A program made the translations under genes and the position numbers. Of a stretch of DNA of 64,000 nt, positions 28,520 through 37,241 are shown piece by piece. Below the pieces are notes generated by a model. That model did no database searches. It saw nothing but the letters and a program-made list of their open reading frames with translations, and had not been told where the DNA came from. This stretch comes from a virus: IMG/VR virus record IMGVR_UViG_3300028706_000553. One strand, given 5' to 3'. Position 1 is the stretch's first letter. The number at the start of each line of letters is the position of its first letter.

Positions 28520-29619
28520 AACACTTCTGTGCATTACCCTTTACTCAATTTACTGTCTCATCATTTAATGAGTATCAGTTATGTTGTGATAATACGGGTG
28601 AATCAGGAATGTATAGTGATCAACATTCTATCTTAGAATATTTTAACTCTGATTATATTAATAAACAAAGATTATCATTTCTTAAAAATAAAAGATTAGA
28701 TATATGTCAGTCCTGTTGGAAAAGAGAAGATAAAGGTTTAAATTCAAGAAGATTAGAAAGTTTAAAAGGAAATTATAGAGAGCAAGTAAGAAGATATAAA
28801 CAAGGATTACCTTTAATTCCAAATCATCCTGTTTTTAAAATTAAGTTTGGAAATTTATGTAATCTTAGATGTATAATGTGTGGTCCGCAATCATCATCTG
28901 CATGGGCCCAGCATAAAGAAAAACATAGTGAAGGTACATGGCCGATTTATGAAAATACATTCAATGAAGGAACATATGAAGATTTAAAACAAATATTACC
29001 TAATGTAAGTCGTATTATTATATCAGGAGGTGAGCCTTTAATGAATGATAGATATTATGATTTTCTTGAATGGCTTATTGGATATAAGTTCGCAAGTAAA
29101 TTAAAAATAACAACTCTTACTAATGCTACGAAAATACCAGAACATTTGTTTCAATATAAAAAAGCTTTTAAACGATTATCTTTTAATATATCAGTTGATG
29201 GTATAGGAAAGAAAGATGAGTATATTAGAACAGGGCAGGTTTGGGAAAAGAAAAAAGAGAATATTTTCAAACTACAACAAAATTTTATGATTGGATTTGA
29301 AGTAACAGTGCAGGCACTTAATATTGGTTACTTAGATAATATTCAAGGTTATTTAAAAAACAATTTTGGAAGAATGTCTCCATTAACAAACATCTTAGTA
29401 ACTCCAAAATATTTTGATTCCACCAGCTTACCACAAGATATAAAACAACTCTACTTAAATAAAAATACAAAATATATTCCTGAGCGGATTACAAATCTAT
29501 TAAGAACACCTACAAAAGGTAAATCTTTTCAAAAAGGTTTAAGGTTTCTTAAACTGTGTGATAAAAGAAATAATACAAATTTCTTAGAAGAGTGGCCCGA
29601 ATTTAGACCGTATGTATAA
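28507..29619 (+). CDS. Radical SAM protein with N-terminal twitch domain
   Basis: FCALPF...LCC...CQSCW; CNLRCIMC; ISGGEPL; TNAT; SVDG. Confidence 0.92.
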   Translation: MEKLKHFCALPFTQFTVSSFNEYQLCCDNTGESGMYSDQHSILEYFNSDYINKQRLSFLKNKRLDICQSCWKREDKGLNSRRLESLKGNYREQVRRYKQGLPLIPNHPVFKIKFGNLCNLRCIMCGPQSSSAWAQHKEKHSEGTWPIYENTFNEGTYEDLKQILPNVSRIIISGGEPLMNDRYYDFLEWLIGYKFASKLKITTLTNATKIPEHLFQYKKAFKRLSFNISVDGIGKKDEYIRTGQVWEKKKENIFKLQQNFMIGFEVTVQALNIGYLDNIQGYLKNNFGRMSPLTNILVTPKYFDSTSLPQDIKQLYLNKNTKYIPERITNLLRTPTKGKSFQKGLRFLKLCDKRNNTNFLEEWPEFRPYV

Positions 29620-30652
29620 TCCCGATCAAATAAAACATATTCATTTAGAACCCACCCAAAGATGTCAAGCCGCATGTCCAATGTGCGATAGGACAAATAA
29701 TCCTCGTATAAAAAATGCTGAATTGACCTTAGATAATTTCATGCATATGGTGGATATTGATTTTGTGAAGCAATTAAATTCATTATTAATGTGTGGTAAT
29801 CACGGTGATCCTATTATCTCATTACATGCTCTAGATATTTTAAGATACCTTAGAGTCAACAACCCAGATATACACCTGCAAGTTACTACAAATGGTGGTG
29901 CCAGAGACGAAGACTTTTGGAGAGAATTAGCTTTCATTTTAGGTAGTAGAGGTAAAGTACAATTTAGTGTTGATGGCCTGGAAGATACAAATCATTTATA
30001 TAGAGTAAATGTTAATTGGAAAAAAATTGAAGAAGCAATGGATGTATTTACTCAAGCAGGTGGAAAAGGTGTTTGGGTTTATTTAATATTTGAACATAAT
30101 GAACATCAAGTTGAAGAAGCAGAACAAATGGCCAAGTTATTTGGATTAGACTTTATAAGAAAAAAGACTGGAAGGTGGGTACAGAGCTATAAAGGTAAGA
30201 AGATTGATAAAAAGATAACCAACAAAGGGAATGAGATTAAACCAGCTACAAAACCAGAGCATCAGAATCAAAGCGTAAATAAATATGATAGATTGGTTAA
30301 GACTCATGGTTCCTTTCAAGAGTATTTAGATCAAACATCCATCAAATGCAAATCCCTTATAACTAATGAAATATTTATCAGTGCTGAAGGTCTTGTAACT
30401 CCTTGCTGTTGGACTCATGGACGATTTTATAAAGCATATCAAGAGATTGGTGAAAATCAGATTTGGTCTTTCGTAGATGACGTGAAAAATATAAATGCTC
30501 TTCATACTCCGTTACGAGAAATCATTAAAGGAAACTTTTTCGCACAGCTGGAAAAGAGCTGGAATCTCCCTTCATGTTCTGATGGGAAATCTGTTGTATG
30601 TGCTGAGAAATGCGGTTCAGGGTTTGATGCTTTTAGAGATCAGTGGAAATGA
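29612..30652 (+). CDS. Radical SAM/SPASM protein
   Basis: CQAACPMC; CGNHGDP; TNGG; FSVDGLE; TPCC; CAEKC. Confidence 0.92.
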   Translation: MYNPDQIKHIHLEPTQRCQAACPMCDRTNNPRIKNAELTLDNFMHMVDIDFVKQLNSLLMCGNHGDPIISLHALDILRYLRVNNPDIHLQVTTNGGARDEDFWRELAFILGSRGKVQFSVDGLEDTNHLYRVNVNWKKIEEAMDVFTQAGGKGVWVYLIFEHNEHQVEEAEQMAKLFGLDFIRKKTGRWVQSYKGKKIDKKITNKGNEIKPATKPEHQNQSVNKYDRLVKTHGSFQEYLDQTSIKCKSLITNEIFISAEGLVTPCCWTHGRFYKAYQEIGENQIWSFVDDVKNINALHTPLREIIKGNFFAQLEKSWNLPSCSDGKSVVCAEKCGSGFDAFRDQWK

Positions 30653-31392
30653 CAAATTTTTATTGTTTGAAATGGGGAACAAAATATAATCGCTTTTATG
30701 TTAATAGACTGTTTAATTCTTTAAAGGAGCATTATGACGATCCTTTTAGTTTTACTTGTCTTACTGATAATACTGTGGGTCTTGATAAAGATATTATCGT
30801 AGACCCAATACCAACTGATTTTAGTGAGTTTCCAAGAACACAAATATTTACATCTGAGAAGATGTGTTATTTTAATAGTTATAAACACATCTCGGGACCG
30901 AAGGCTTGGTTTGACTTAGATATATTAATACAAAATAATATAACGGAACTTATTAATAAAAAGAAAAATAAGGTAACATATATTTGGAACTATTGGAGAA
31001 ACGAAGAAGCACATAAAACTAATTATGGTTGGATGACTACTCCAATTAATTCTTCTTTTGTTGCTTGGCAAGATGATTTAGGTTTTGATATGTATGAAAG
31101 ATTAGTTAAAAATAAAGAGAAGGCATTTTTTACTTATCCATCATATGACAAATATCTATTCTATCAAGAACATAGAAAAGGTAATTTAAATTATTGGGAA
31201 CCAGGAATAGTATATAATTATAATATAGGAGTTAAATATCCTGATGATTTAAACCCGACAAAATATAGATCTGATTATAAAGTCTGTTTATTTAATACAT
31301 CACACAAAGCATGGGCGAAACCTAATGAAACACATATAGAGTTACATCAGGCAGAAGGCTGGGCATATGACAAATGGATTAGTTATGAATGA
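30643..31392 (+). CDS. Glycosyltransferase-like protein (GT-A type)
   Basis: CLKWGTKY, FTCLTD, FDLDILI (DxD), INSSFVAW. Confidence 0.65.
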   Translation: MEMTNFYCLKWGTKYNRFYVNRLFNSLKEHYDDPFSFTCLTDNTVGLDKDIIVDPIPTDFSEFPRTQIFTSEKMCYFNSYKHISGPKAWFDLDILIQNNITELINKKKNKVTYIWNYWRNEEAHKTNYGWMTTPINSSFVAWQDDLGFDMYERLVKNKEKAFFTYPSYDKYLFYQEHRKGNLNYWEPGIVYNYNIGVKYPDDLNPTKYRSDYKVCLFNTSHKAWAKPNETHIELHQAEGWAYDKWISYE

Positions 31393-31960
31393 GTTTGATT
31401 CGTTTGCTTCTGATATCTTAAAAAATTCGGATTCAAATGCATATGATATTTTGTGGTATACTGTTCCAGAAAATAGACGACATAATGTAGGTGCGGCTAA
31501 TAACCGATATAATAAAACCTTAAATGATAAGATCCATTCTTTAATTACTCAATATTTTGACGAAGACGATTTAAACATGGTATGTTCTTGGTATATGAAT
31601 TATCATGTTGACAAAATAGAAAAATTAGGTTATAATATAACTTATTATGATTCAGATCCTTATGTGTGCGAAGATTGTGATCTTATAAGTGACAATATAC
31701 ATAACGTAGATGTTATATTTGATAGAGTGCGATTTAAAGGTCCTATCATACATAAATTTTGTGAAGATACTTATCCTATTGGTAAAGTTCATAAGGGAAA
31801 ATATATATTAGCAGGTAGTAATAAAAAAAGATTGCATATATGTAACCCTATTGAATCCTCTCAGCAATTAATAGAACAGAATGAAATCAAGTCCGTTATC
31901 TATGAAGAAGAATACGAATTTCAAAAAGTTAAATATTCAATAGTAGTAGGATGTTCATAA
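31385..31960 (+). CDS. Degenerate methyltransferase-like protein, paralogue of the next two genes
   Basis: CSWY, YYDSD, FCED, LAGSN, CNPI...SIVVG align with GSWFG, YDID, SCEH, LQSNN, NCV, FMVIG of the next two ORFs; alternative start 31367. Confidence 0.5.
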   Translation: MNEFDSFASDILKNSDSNAYDILWYTVPENRRHNVGAANNRYNKTLNDKIHSLITQYFDEDDLNMVCSWYMNYHVDKIEKLGYNITYYDSDPYVCEDCDLISDNIHNVDVIFDRVRFKGPIIHKFCEDTYPIGKVHKGKYILAGSNKKRLHICNPIESSQQLIEQNEIKSVIYEEEYEFQKVKYSIVVGCS

Positions 31961-32769
31961 AAAATTTCAAAAGTGCTGAGATTAATTTAAAAATTCTTGA
32001 AAGAGATAGACGTGCCAATATAGGTGAATGGGCTAAAAAGAATTCTATTTTAGAAAAACATAGGCGCAGATTAGATAGTAAAAGAAGACAACTCGATCAA
32101 GAAAAAATTGATGATACTGGTTTATATGAAAAGAATAAAATAGAATTTGAGAATACGATGGAATGGTCTCCTTATATGAAGGTTAAAAGATTCTTAGATG
32201 AATCTTATCCTGAATACGCTTCTAGTCTTTTAGATTCAATATCAGATGGTCAATATGAATCTAAAAAATGGATGAGTGAAGTTTTAAAATCAGGTCAATT
32301 AGGTAATAAAGATCCTTTAAAAATTGAAATAGCTGGATCCTGGTTTGGATGGCCAATGATTGAGTTATTAGAAGATGCTATTGTAAAAATAGAAAGTATT
32401 GATTTATATGATATAGATGAAGTATGCCATGAAGTAGTTAGAAAATATATATATCATTTCAAACCGAAATATCATATAAATCAATATCATGATTTTTTTG
32501 AAAGAGGTGATAAAAGGATCCGGCATTTACTTATTTGCACTTCTTGTGAGCATATGCCAGATATAAGTGAGATGAAAGAATATTATAAAGACACACCCAA
32601 ACCAATTCTTGCACTTCAAAGTAATAATTATGTTGAATTGGCAGAACATGAAAACTGTGTTAATAGCTATTCTGAGTTGGCTGAGAAGAATGAAATAAAA
32701 GATATAAGGTATCAAGGTGAAAGAGACTTTGGTTATTATAAAAGGTTTATGGTTATAGGAACATGGTAA
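31951..32769 (+). CDS. Class I SAM methyltransferase-like protein
   Basis: SKKWM, IAGSWFG (Gly-rich motif I), LYDID (acidic motif II), TSCEHM, LQSNNY. Confidence 0.6.
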   Translation: MFIKNFKSAEINLKILERDRRANIGEWAKKNSILEKHRRRLDSKRRQLDQEKIDDTGLYEKNKIEFENTMEWSPYMKVKRFLDESYPEYASSLLDSISDGQYESKKWMSEVLKSGQLGNKDPLKIEIAGSWFGWPMIELLEDAIVKIESIDLYDIDEVCHEVVRKYIYHFKPKYHINQYHDFFERGDKRIRHLLICTSCEHMPDISEMKEYYKDTPKPILALQSNNYVELAEHENCVNSYSELAEKNEIKDIRYQGERDFGYYKRFMVIGTW

Positions 32770-33428
32770 AAGAATTTCGCGATTCAAATTATTATAAAGT
32801 ATTTAAGTTTGTAAGAAACAATTTTCCAGAATATGAAGATAGTTGGTGTGATTCGATTTCTTTCGATCAGTATGAATCAAAAAAATGGTTATGTGATGTT
32901 CTAGATAATTTAAAAATAACGGAAACAGATAATGTCCGAAAATATACTAAAGATGCAGGTGTTACAGGATGGTTTTATCCTCTCTTAATAGATATAGTCG
33001 GGTCATGGTTTGGTTGGCCGTTAATAGAAATGATTGACCAGTTTTCTAAAGGAAGAATTACACGAATTGATTGTTATGATTTTGATGAAACCTGTCAAAA
33101 GGTAATGGCTCAATATAAAAATATGTTTGACCCGAAATATGATATAGTACAACATGATGATTATTTTGAAAGAAAAGAAGTAAGAAGAAGGCACTTGGTT
33201 ATTTGTACTTCTTGTGAACATATGGGAAATTTTAATAGAAGATATTATAAGGGTAATCCTTTTGTTTGTTTACAATCTAATAATTATTTTGATTTACCGG
33301 AGCATACAAATTGTGTAGAAAATGTGGATGAATTAATAAAGAAAAATAAATTGAAAAAGATATGGTATAAGGGTGAAAAAGATTTTGGCACTTATAAACG
33401 TTTTATGACAATTGGACAGTGGCAATGA
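32763..33428 (+). CDS. Class I SAM methyltransferase-like protein, tandem paralogue
   Basis: SKKWL, IVGSWFG, CYDFD, TSCEHM, LQSNNY, YKRFMTIG shared with 31951-32769. Confidence 0.6.
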   Translation: MVKEFRDSNYYKVFKFVRNNFPEYEDSWCDSISFDQYESKKWLCDVLDNLKITETDNVRKYTKDAGVTGWFYPLLIDIVGSWFGWPLIEMIDQFSKGRITRIDCYDFDETCQKVMAQYKNMFDPKYDIVQHDDYFERKEVRRRHLVICTSCEHMGNFNRRYYKGNPFVCLQSNNYFDLPEHTNCVENVDELIKKNKLKKIWYKGEKDFGTYKRFMTIGQWQ

Positions 33429-34060
33429 AACGGGCTGTTGCATGCATCTGCGTTGGAGATAAGTATAATCTTACTGATGTTAAAATATTAGAACAAATGG
33501 TATTCCAAAATACCACCTATGATATAAACTTTAGAGTATTTGATGAACCAGTATTACCTAAATGGTGGACTAAGGTTTTATATCATTCACCAGTAATAGA
33601 ACCATTTGAAGAAGATGTTGTTTTAGCTTTTGATTTAGATGTAGTTATAAAGGGAAGTATAGATCCTTTGTTTGATTGGGTAGAACAACAAGATTATCTA
33701 TGCGCAGTATGGTGTAGATGGAGAGAGCATATGGATAATTTTGAAGAACAAAGAGATAAAGATATATTTTGTACTCCTTACAATTCTTCAATATTAGGAT
33801 GGAAACCAGATACTTGTTTGAAGATTTGGGAAGAATTTGTTTTTGAAGATATAGAAAAATATAATGGATTCGATACTTATCTTTGGATGAAGAGATTGGA
33901 TCCTATTAGAATACCGGATCATTTTTATTATTCAGCACATTTTGCACAGTATCAAGAATTGGATTATCCGGTGGCCCTTTTTAATAAAGGACAAAACATT
34001 GGTTTAGAAAAACATGAAATAATATCTAAGGTACCATGGGTGAAAAAATACAGGAATTAA
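33419..34060 (+). CDS. Glycosyltransferase-like protein, paralogue of 30643-31392
   Basis: CVGDKY, FDLDVVI (DxD), YNSSILGW. Confidence 0.65.
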   Translation: MAMKRAVACICVGDKYNLTDVKILEQMVFQNTTYDINFRVFDEPVLPKWWTKVLYHSPVIEPFEEDVVLAFDLDVVIKGSIDPLFDWVEQQDYLCAVWCRWREHMDNFEEQRDKDIFCTPYNSSILGWKPDTCLKIWEEFVFEDIEKYNGFDTYLWMKRLDPIRIPDHFYYSAHFAQYQELDYPVALFNKGQNIGLEKHEIISKVPWVKKYRN

Positions 34061-34803
34061 TATTCTCTATAAACCACGGAGGGTTAGGTGATAGGTTTTG
34101 TATGCTCTCAAATATTTTACATACTATGCAGCACTCCCCTGCGGGCTCAGTGAAATTAAAGGCTTATTTGTATCCACAGGATGAAGCAGACAAAAAATTA
34201 AGAAATAATTTAAAATTTAATAATTTGTTTGAAGTAATAGATTTTTTACATCTTGAAAGGCCGAACAATCCATTTTTAGAAGATAGCGTTGAATTACTTA
34301 ATGAACATAGCGATCACTTTGAAGGATTTATGAAAAATGTTGAGAATGAAATGTATCGATCTTTTAATGATACATTACTTAGAGATGCAAAATATTGGCC
34401 TGTGAGTTATGAAAAATTCGCTAAGAAAAAATATATTACGTATCTACTTTATCACACAGAAAAACTTCATTTTGGTCAGAGTCATAAAATTCTTACTAAT
34501 GAACAGATAGACGTTTTTAAAAATATTATCAGTAATATGACAGAACTTTCTGATAAATTGGAGTTTGTTGAATTGGAGGATTATAATTATGAAAAAAATA
34601 TTGAGTTATTATCTAAGAGTTATTTTCATATAGGGTCAGAAGGAATGTGGACCCACTTATCCAGAGCAATGAATGTTTATACTATAGCGTATTCACTACT
34701 TGATGAATTTATTGGAGAATTTAATCAACAAGGTCATTTTTGTTCGAAAGAGTTTTTAGAGTGTTTGGAAAAAATGAAAGAGAAAAGCAGAGAATTAATA
34801 TGA
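34036..34803 (+). CDS. Possible GT-B (GT9-like) glycosyltransferase
   Basis: N-terminal GGLGD and C-terminal HIGSEGMWTHLSRAM resemble the GT9 GLGD and IGxDSGxxHLAxA motifs. Confidence 0.4.
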   Translation: MGEKIQELIFSINHGGLGDRFCMLSNILHTMQHSPAGSVKLKAYLYPQDEADKKLRNNLKFNNLFEVIDFLHLERPNNPFLEDSVELLNEHSDHFEGFMKNVENEMYRSFNDTLLRDAKYWPVSYEKFAKKKYITYLLYHTEKLHFGQSHKILTNEQIDVFKNIISNMTELSDKLEFVELEDYNYEKNIELLSKSYFHIGSEGMWTHLSRAMNVYTIAYSLLDEFIGEFNQQGHFCSKEFLECLEKMKEKSRELI

Positions 34804-35606
34804 TACATGTTTATTCAGATAGTTTTGGTGAAACACATGGTGCTGGTACTTGGCCTGCAAAGCTTGAATTTATTAGAGAAGAGGAAGTAAAAATTAACGG
34901 GTCTGGAGGGACCGGTCCAAATTGGAGCTTAAGAAAATTAATTAATGATTTGGAAACTTCAAAGATAAAAAATAAAGATAGTGTAATTGTTTTACTGTCC
35001 GATCAGAAGAGAATGGAATTTCCTTGGTTGGAAAATGATTGGTTAGCAGATGGTATTTTTTTATTAGCAGAAGATATTCCAGAAGAAATAGTAAAACACC
35101 TTAAAGGAGGAACACCAGAATTTGACAAATATAGATATAAGAAATATGAATATGAAATAAGAACAATTGCACAATCATTAGGTCCCATGTTTTTATATGA
35201 GAACGTCAAAAATATAACATTTTTACATTTACTTTCTCAACAGTTTAGTGAAATAAATTTTTTGGTATTTACTTGTTTTAGTCTCAATCATTTTACTTCA
35301 AGATATAAAAATTTTAATATTACATCTACAAAATTATTATATGATTTGGATTTTGAAGAATTAAATTCATCTAATTTTTATTATGTATCAACTCCGGTTT
35401 CATATATGGCCGGCACATATGATGGTGATGAAATGTTGAATAATCATATGACTGTAGAACAAAACGAAAAATTTGGTATCTTTTGTAATGACATATTAAA
35501 TAATAATACACCCGATACTAGCTGGTTTGCTTATAAGGCATATGATGATCCTTATGCAGAACATCAAGGATCAGAGCCGCCAGCACCACTTTTCATTTAC
35601 GATTGA
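34800..35606 (+). CDS. SGNH/GDSL-hydrolase-like protein
   Basis: IHVYSDSF (GDS-like block I), GSGGTG, NNHMT; ATG 34800 overlaps the upstream TGA. Confidence 0.55.
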   Translation: MIHVYSDSFGETHGAGTWPAKLEFIREEEVKINGSGGTGPNWSLRKLINDLETSKIKNKDSVIVLLSDQKRMEFPWLENDWLADGIFLLAEDIPEEIVKHLKGGTPEFDKYRYKKYEYEIRTIAQSLGPMFLYENVKNITFLHLLSQQFSEINFLVFTCFSLNHFTSRYKNFNITSTKLLYDLDFEELNSSNFYYVSTPVSYMAGTYDGDEMLNNHMTVEQNEKFGIFCNDILNNNTPDTSWFAYKAYDDPYAEHQGSEPPAPLFIYD

Positions 35607-35607
35607 T

Positions 35608-36426
35608 ATGACAATACACATTTATGGTGATAGTTTTGGAGTAATTTGTAAACATGATAAAACATGGCCGGCTGAACTATCAAGATTAAAAAAAGAAGAA
35701 ATTGATGTTAAAGCAGAATCGGGTAGTGGACCTAATTTTTCTTTAGATTTATTAATTGCAGATTTAGAAAATAGTTCCATTAAAGATGATGATACAATAG
35801 TTATTCTGTTATCCGATCAGAAGAGAATGGAGTTTCCTTTTGTAAGGAATAATGAACATGTTACAGGTGTTTTTAGAATAGCTGAGGATAATAAAGATTG
35901 GAAACATCCATTTGAGCCAGATAATAAAGATGATCCTTGGCCTGGAGTACAGAATCAGTCCTACTTAAATGATTATAAAAAGGAAACAAAAATTATAGCA
36001 CAAACATTAGGGCCTATGTTTTTATATGAGAATGTTAAGAATATATCTTTTTTACATTTGTTATCTTTAAATTTTAAAAAGATAAGATTTGTGGTATTTA
36101 CTTGTTTCAGTTTAGATCATTATCTAGGAACTTATAAAAACTTCAATATAAATTCAACTGATTTTTTACACAAAATAAAATTTGAATCTTTAGATAGTGA
36201 AAATTTTGATTATGTAAAAATTCCTGTAGGACATATTGTAGGCCTTGATGATACTGGTATTCAATTAGATAATCACATGACACCAGATAAAAATTTAAAA
36301 TTTGGTAAATTAGTATATGATATAATAATGAAAAATGAGATTGATAGATCCTGGTTTAATACACATCCCTATGATGATCCTTTTGAATACCAGTATCCAT
36401 TAGAACCCATTTTCATATACGATTAA
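35608..36426 (+). CDS. SGNH/GDSL-hydrolase-like protein, tandem duplicate
   Basis: IHIYGDSF, DNHMT; shares LSDQKRMEFP and LGPMFLYENVKNI with 34800-35606, also at DNA level. Confidence 0.6.
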   Translation: MTIHIYGDSFGVICKHDKTWPAELSRLKKEEIDVKAESGSGPNFSLDLLIADLENSSIKDDDTIVILLSDQKRMEFPFVRNNEHVTGVFRIAEDNKDWKHPFEPDNKDDPWPGVQNQSYLNDYKKETKIIAQTLGPMFLYENVKNISFLHLLSLNFKKIRFVVFTCFSLDHYLGTYKNFNINSTDFLHKIKFESLDSENFDYVKIPVGHIVGLDDTGIQLDNHMTPDKNLKFGKLVYDIIMKNEIDRSWFNTHPYDDPFEYQYPLEPIFIYD

Positions 36427-36434
36427 TATAAATA
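36427..36434 (+). promoter_or_regulatory. T4-type late promoter TATAAATA upstream of the tmRNA
   Basis: Exact consensus directly after the TAA of 35608-36426. Confidence 0.7.
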
Positions 36435-36440
36435 AGATAA

Positions 36441-36708
36441 GGTTGTTGATATAATTGGATAGCTTTTTAGGACGTGGGTTCGATTCCCACCGCCTCCACC
36501 AGAGAGATATAACTTAGATGTTGTATTTCGCTGATGGGGGCGTAACGGTATTCGACTGAGAGTGAAGGGATTAAGGAGACCTAAGGGTGGTAACCTATAA
36601 CCAATAATCTAATCGCAGATAATACCGATTATTTTCCAGCACAAGTGGCACTCGCCGCTTAATCGCTGATGGGCTTATGATTGTGCCTGGAAACAGAAAC
36701 AATCAACC
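36441..36708 (+). ncRNA. ssrA: Circularly permuted (two-piece) tmRNA; outer boundaries approximate
   Basis: T arm GTGGG-TTCGATT-CCCAC and CGCCTCC-A-CCA (ends 36501) precede the 5' half GGGGGCG...TTCGAC (starts 36536); acceptor stem has G3-U70; tag ORF 36615-36662 encodes ADNTDYFPAQVALAA. Confidence 0.92.
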
Positions 36709-36725
36709 ACACATAGAAAGGAAAA

Positions 36726-37241
36726 ATGGCTGAATATAAAAATGAAGAACCCTGCGAATTTGTATACCGCGTTAAAGCAGTATCAAAAGTAGTAGATGGA
36801 GATACAATAGATTGTTGTTTCGATTTAGGATTTGATGTAATGTTTCATAGTCGGGTTCGATTATTGGGTATAGATACTCCGGAATCCAGAACAAGACATA
36901 AGAATGAAAAGGTGTATGGTTTACTTAGTAAAGACGCACTTAAATCATGGGTGCATTGGGCTGTTATGGATGATAGAGATGATATTGATATTGAAATTAG
37001 ATGTCCTGAAGCAGATAGTCGTGGAAAGTTCGGAAGAATTTTAGGCGAAGTTTGGGTAAATTGTAATGCAGAAGGAGAGCACGGTGGTTGGACTAACGTT
37101 AACAAATGGATGTGTGAGAACGGACACGCTGTTGGTTATTGGGGTCAAAATAAAGATGATGTTAAAGGTGAACATTGGGCAAATAGAGAATATCTTTCCG
37201 AACAAGGTAAAATGGCACTTCTTCAATGGGATGAAGATTAA
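36726..37241 (+). CDS. Thermonuclease (SNase-like) family protein
   Basis: KVVDGDTI, VRLLGIDTPE, GKFGRILG, VNKWM..NGHA. Confidence 0.85.
   Translation: MAEYKNEEPCEFVYRVKAVSKVVDGDTIDCCFDLGFDVMFHSRVRLLGIDTPESRTRHKNEKVYGLLSKDALKSWVHWAVMDDRDDIDIEIRCPEADSRGKFGRILGEVWVNCNAEGEHGGWTNVNKWMCENGHAVGYWGQNKDDVKGEHWANREYLSEQGKMALLQWDED

Noticed and set aside
7066-30652. Assigning specific names (QueE, MoaA, NrdG, PqqE, anSME) to individual radical SAM genes
   Set aside because: Only generic CX3CX2C, GGE and auxiliary Cys motifs are visible; family-specific signatures could not be confirmed by eye
1-36426. Bacterial chromosomal biosynthetic cluster or prophage-flanking host DNA
   Set aside because: No housekeeping genes, transporters, regulators or integrase; phage-style gene packing; T4 late promoters within and directly after the array
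36471-36501. tRNA gene suggested by the T arm and CCA end
   Set aside because: No D or anticodon arm upstream; the matching acceptor strand lies downstream at 36536 and is followed by a tag ORF, so it is a permuted tmRNA
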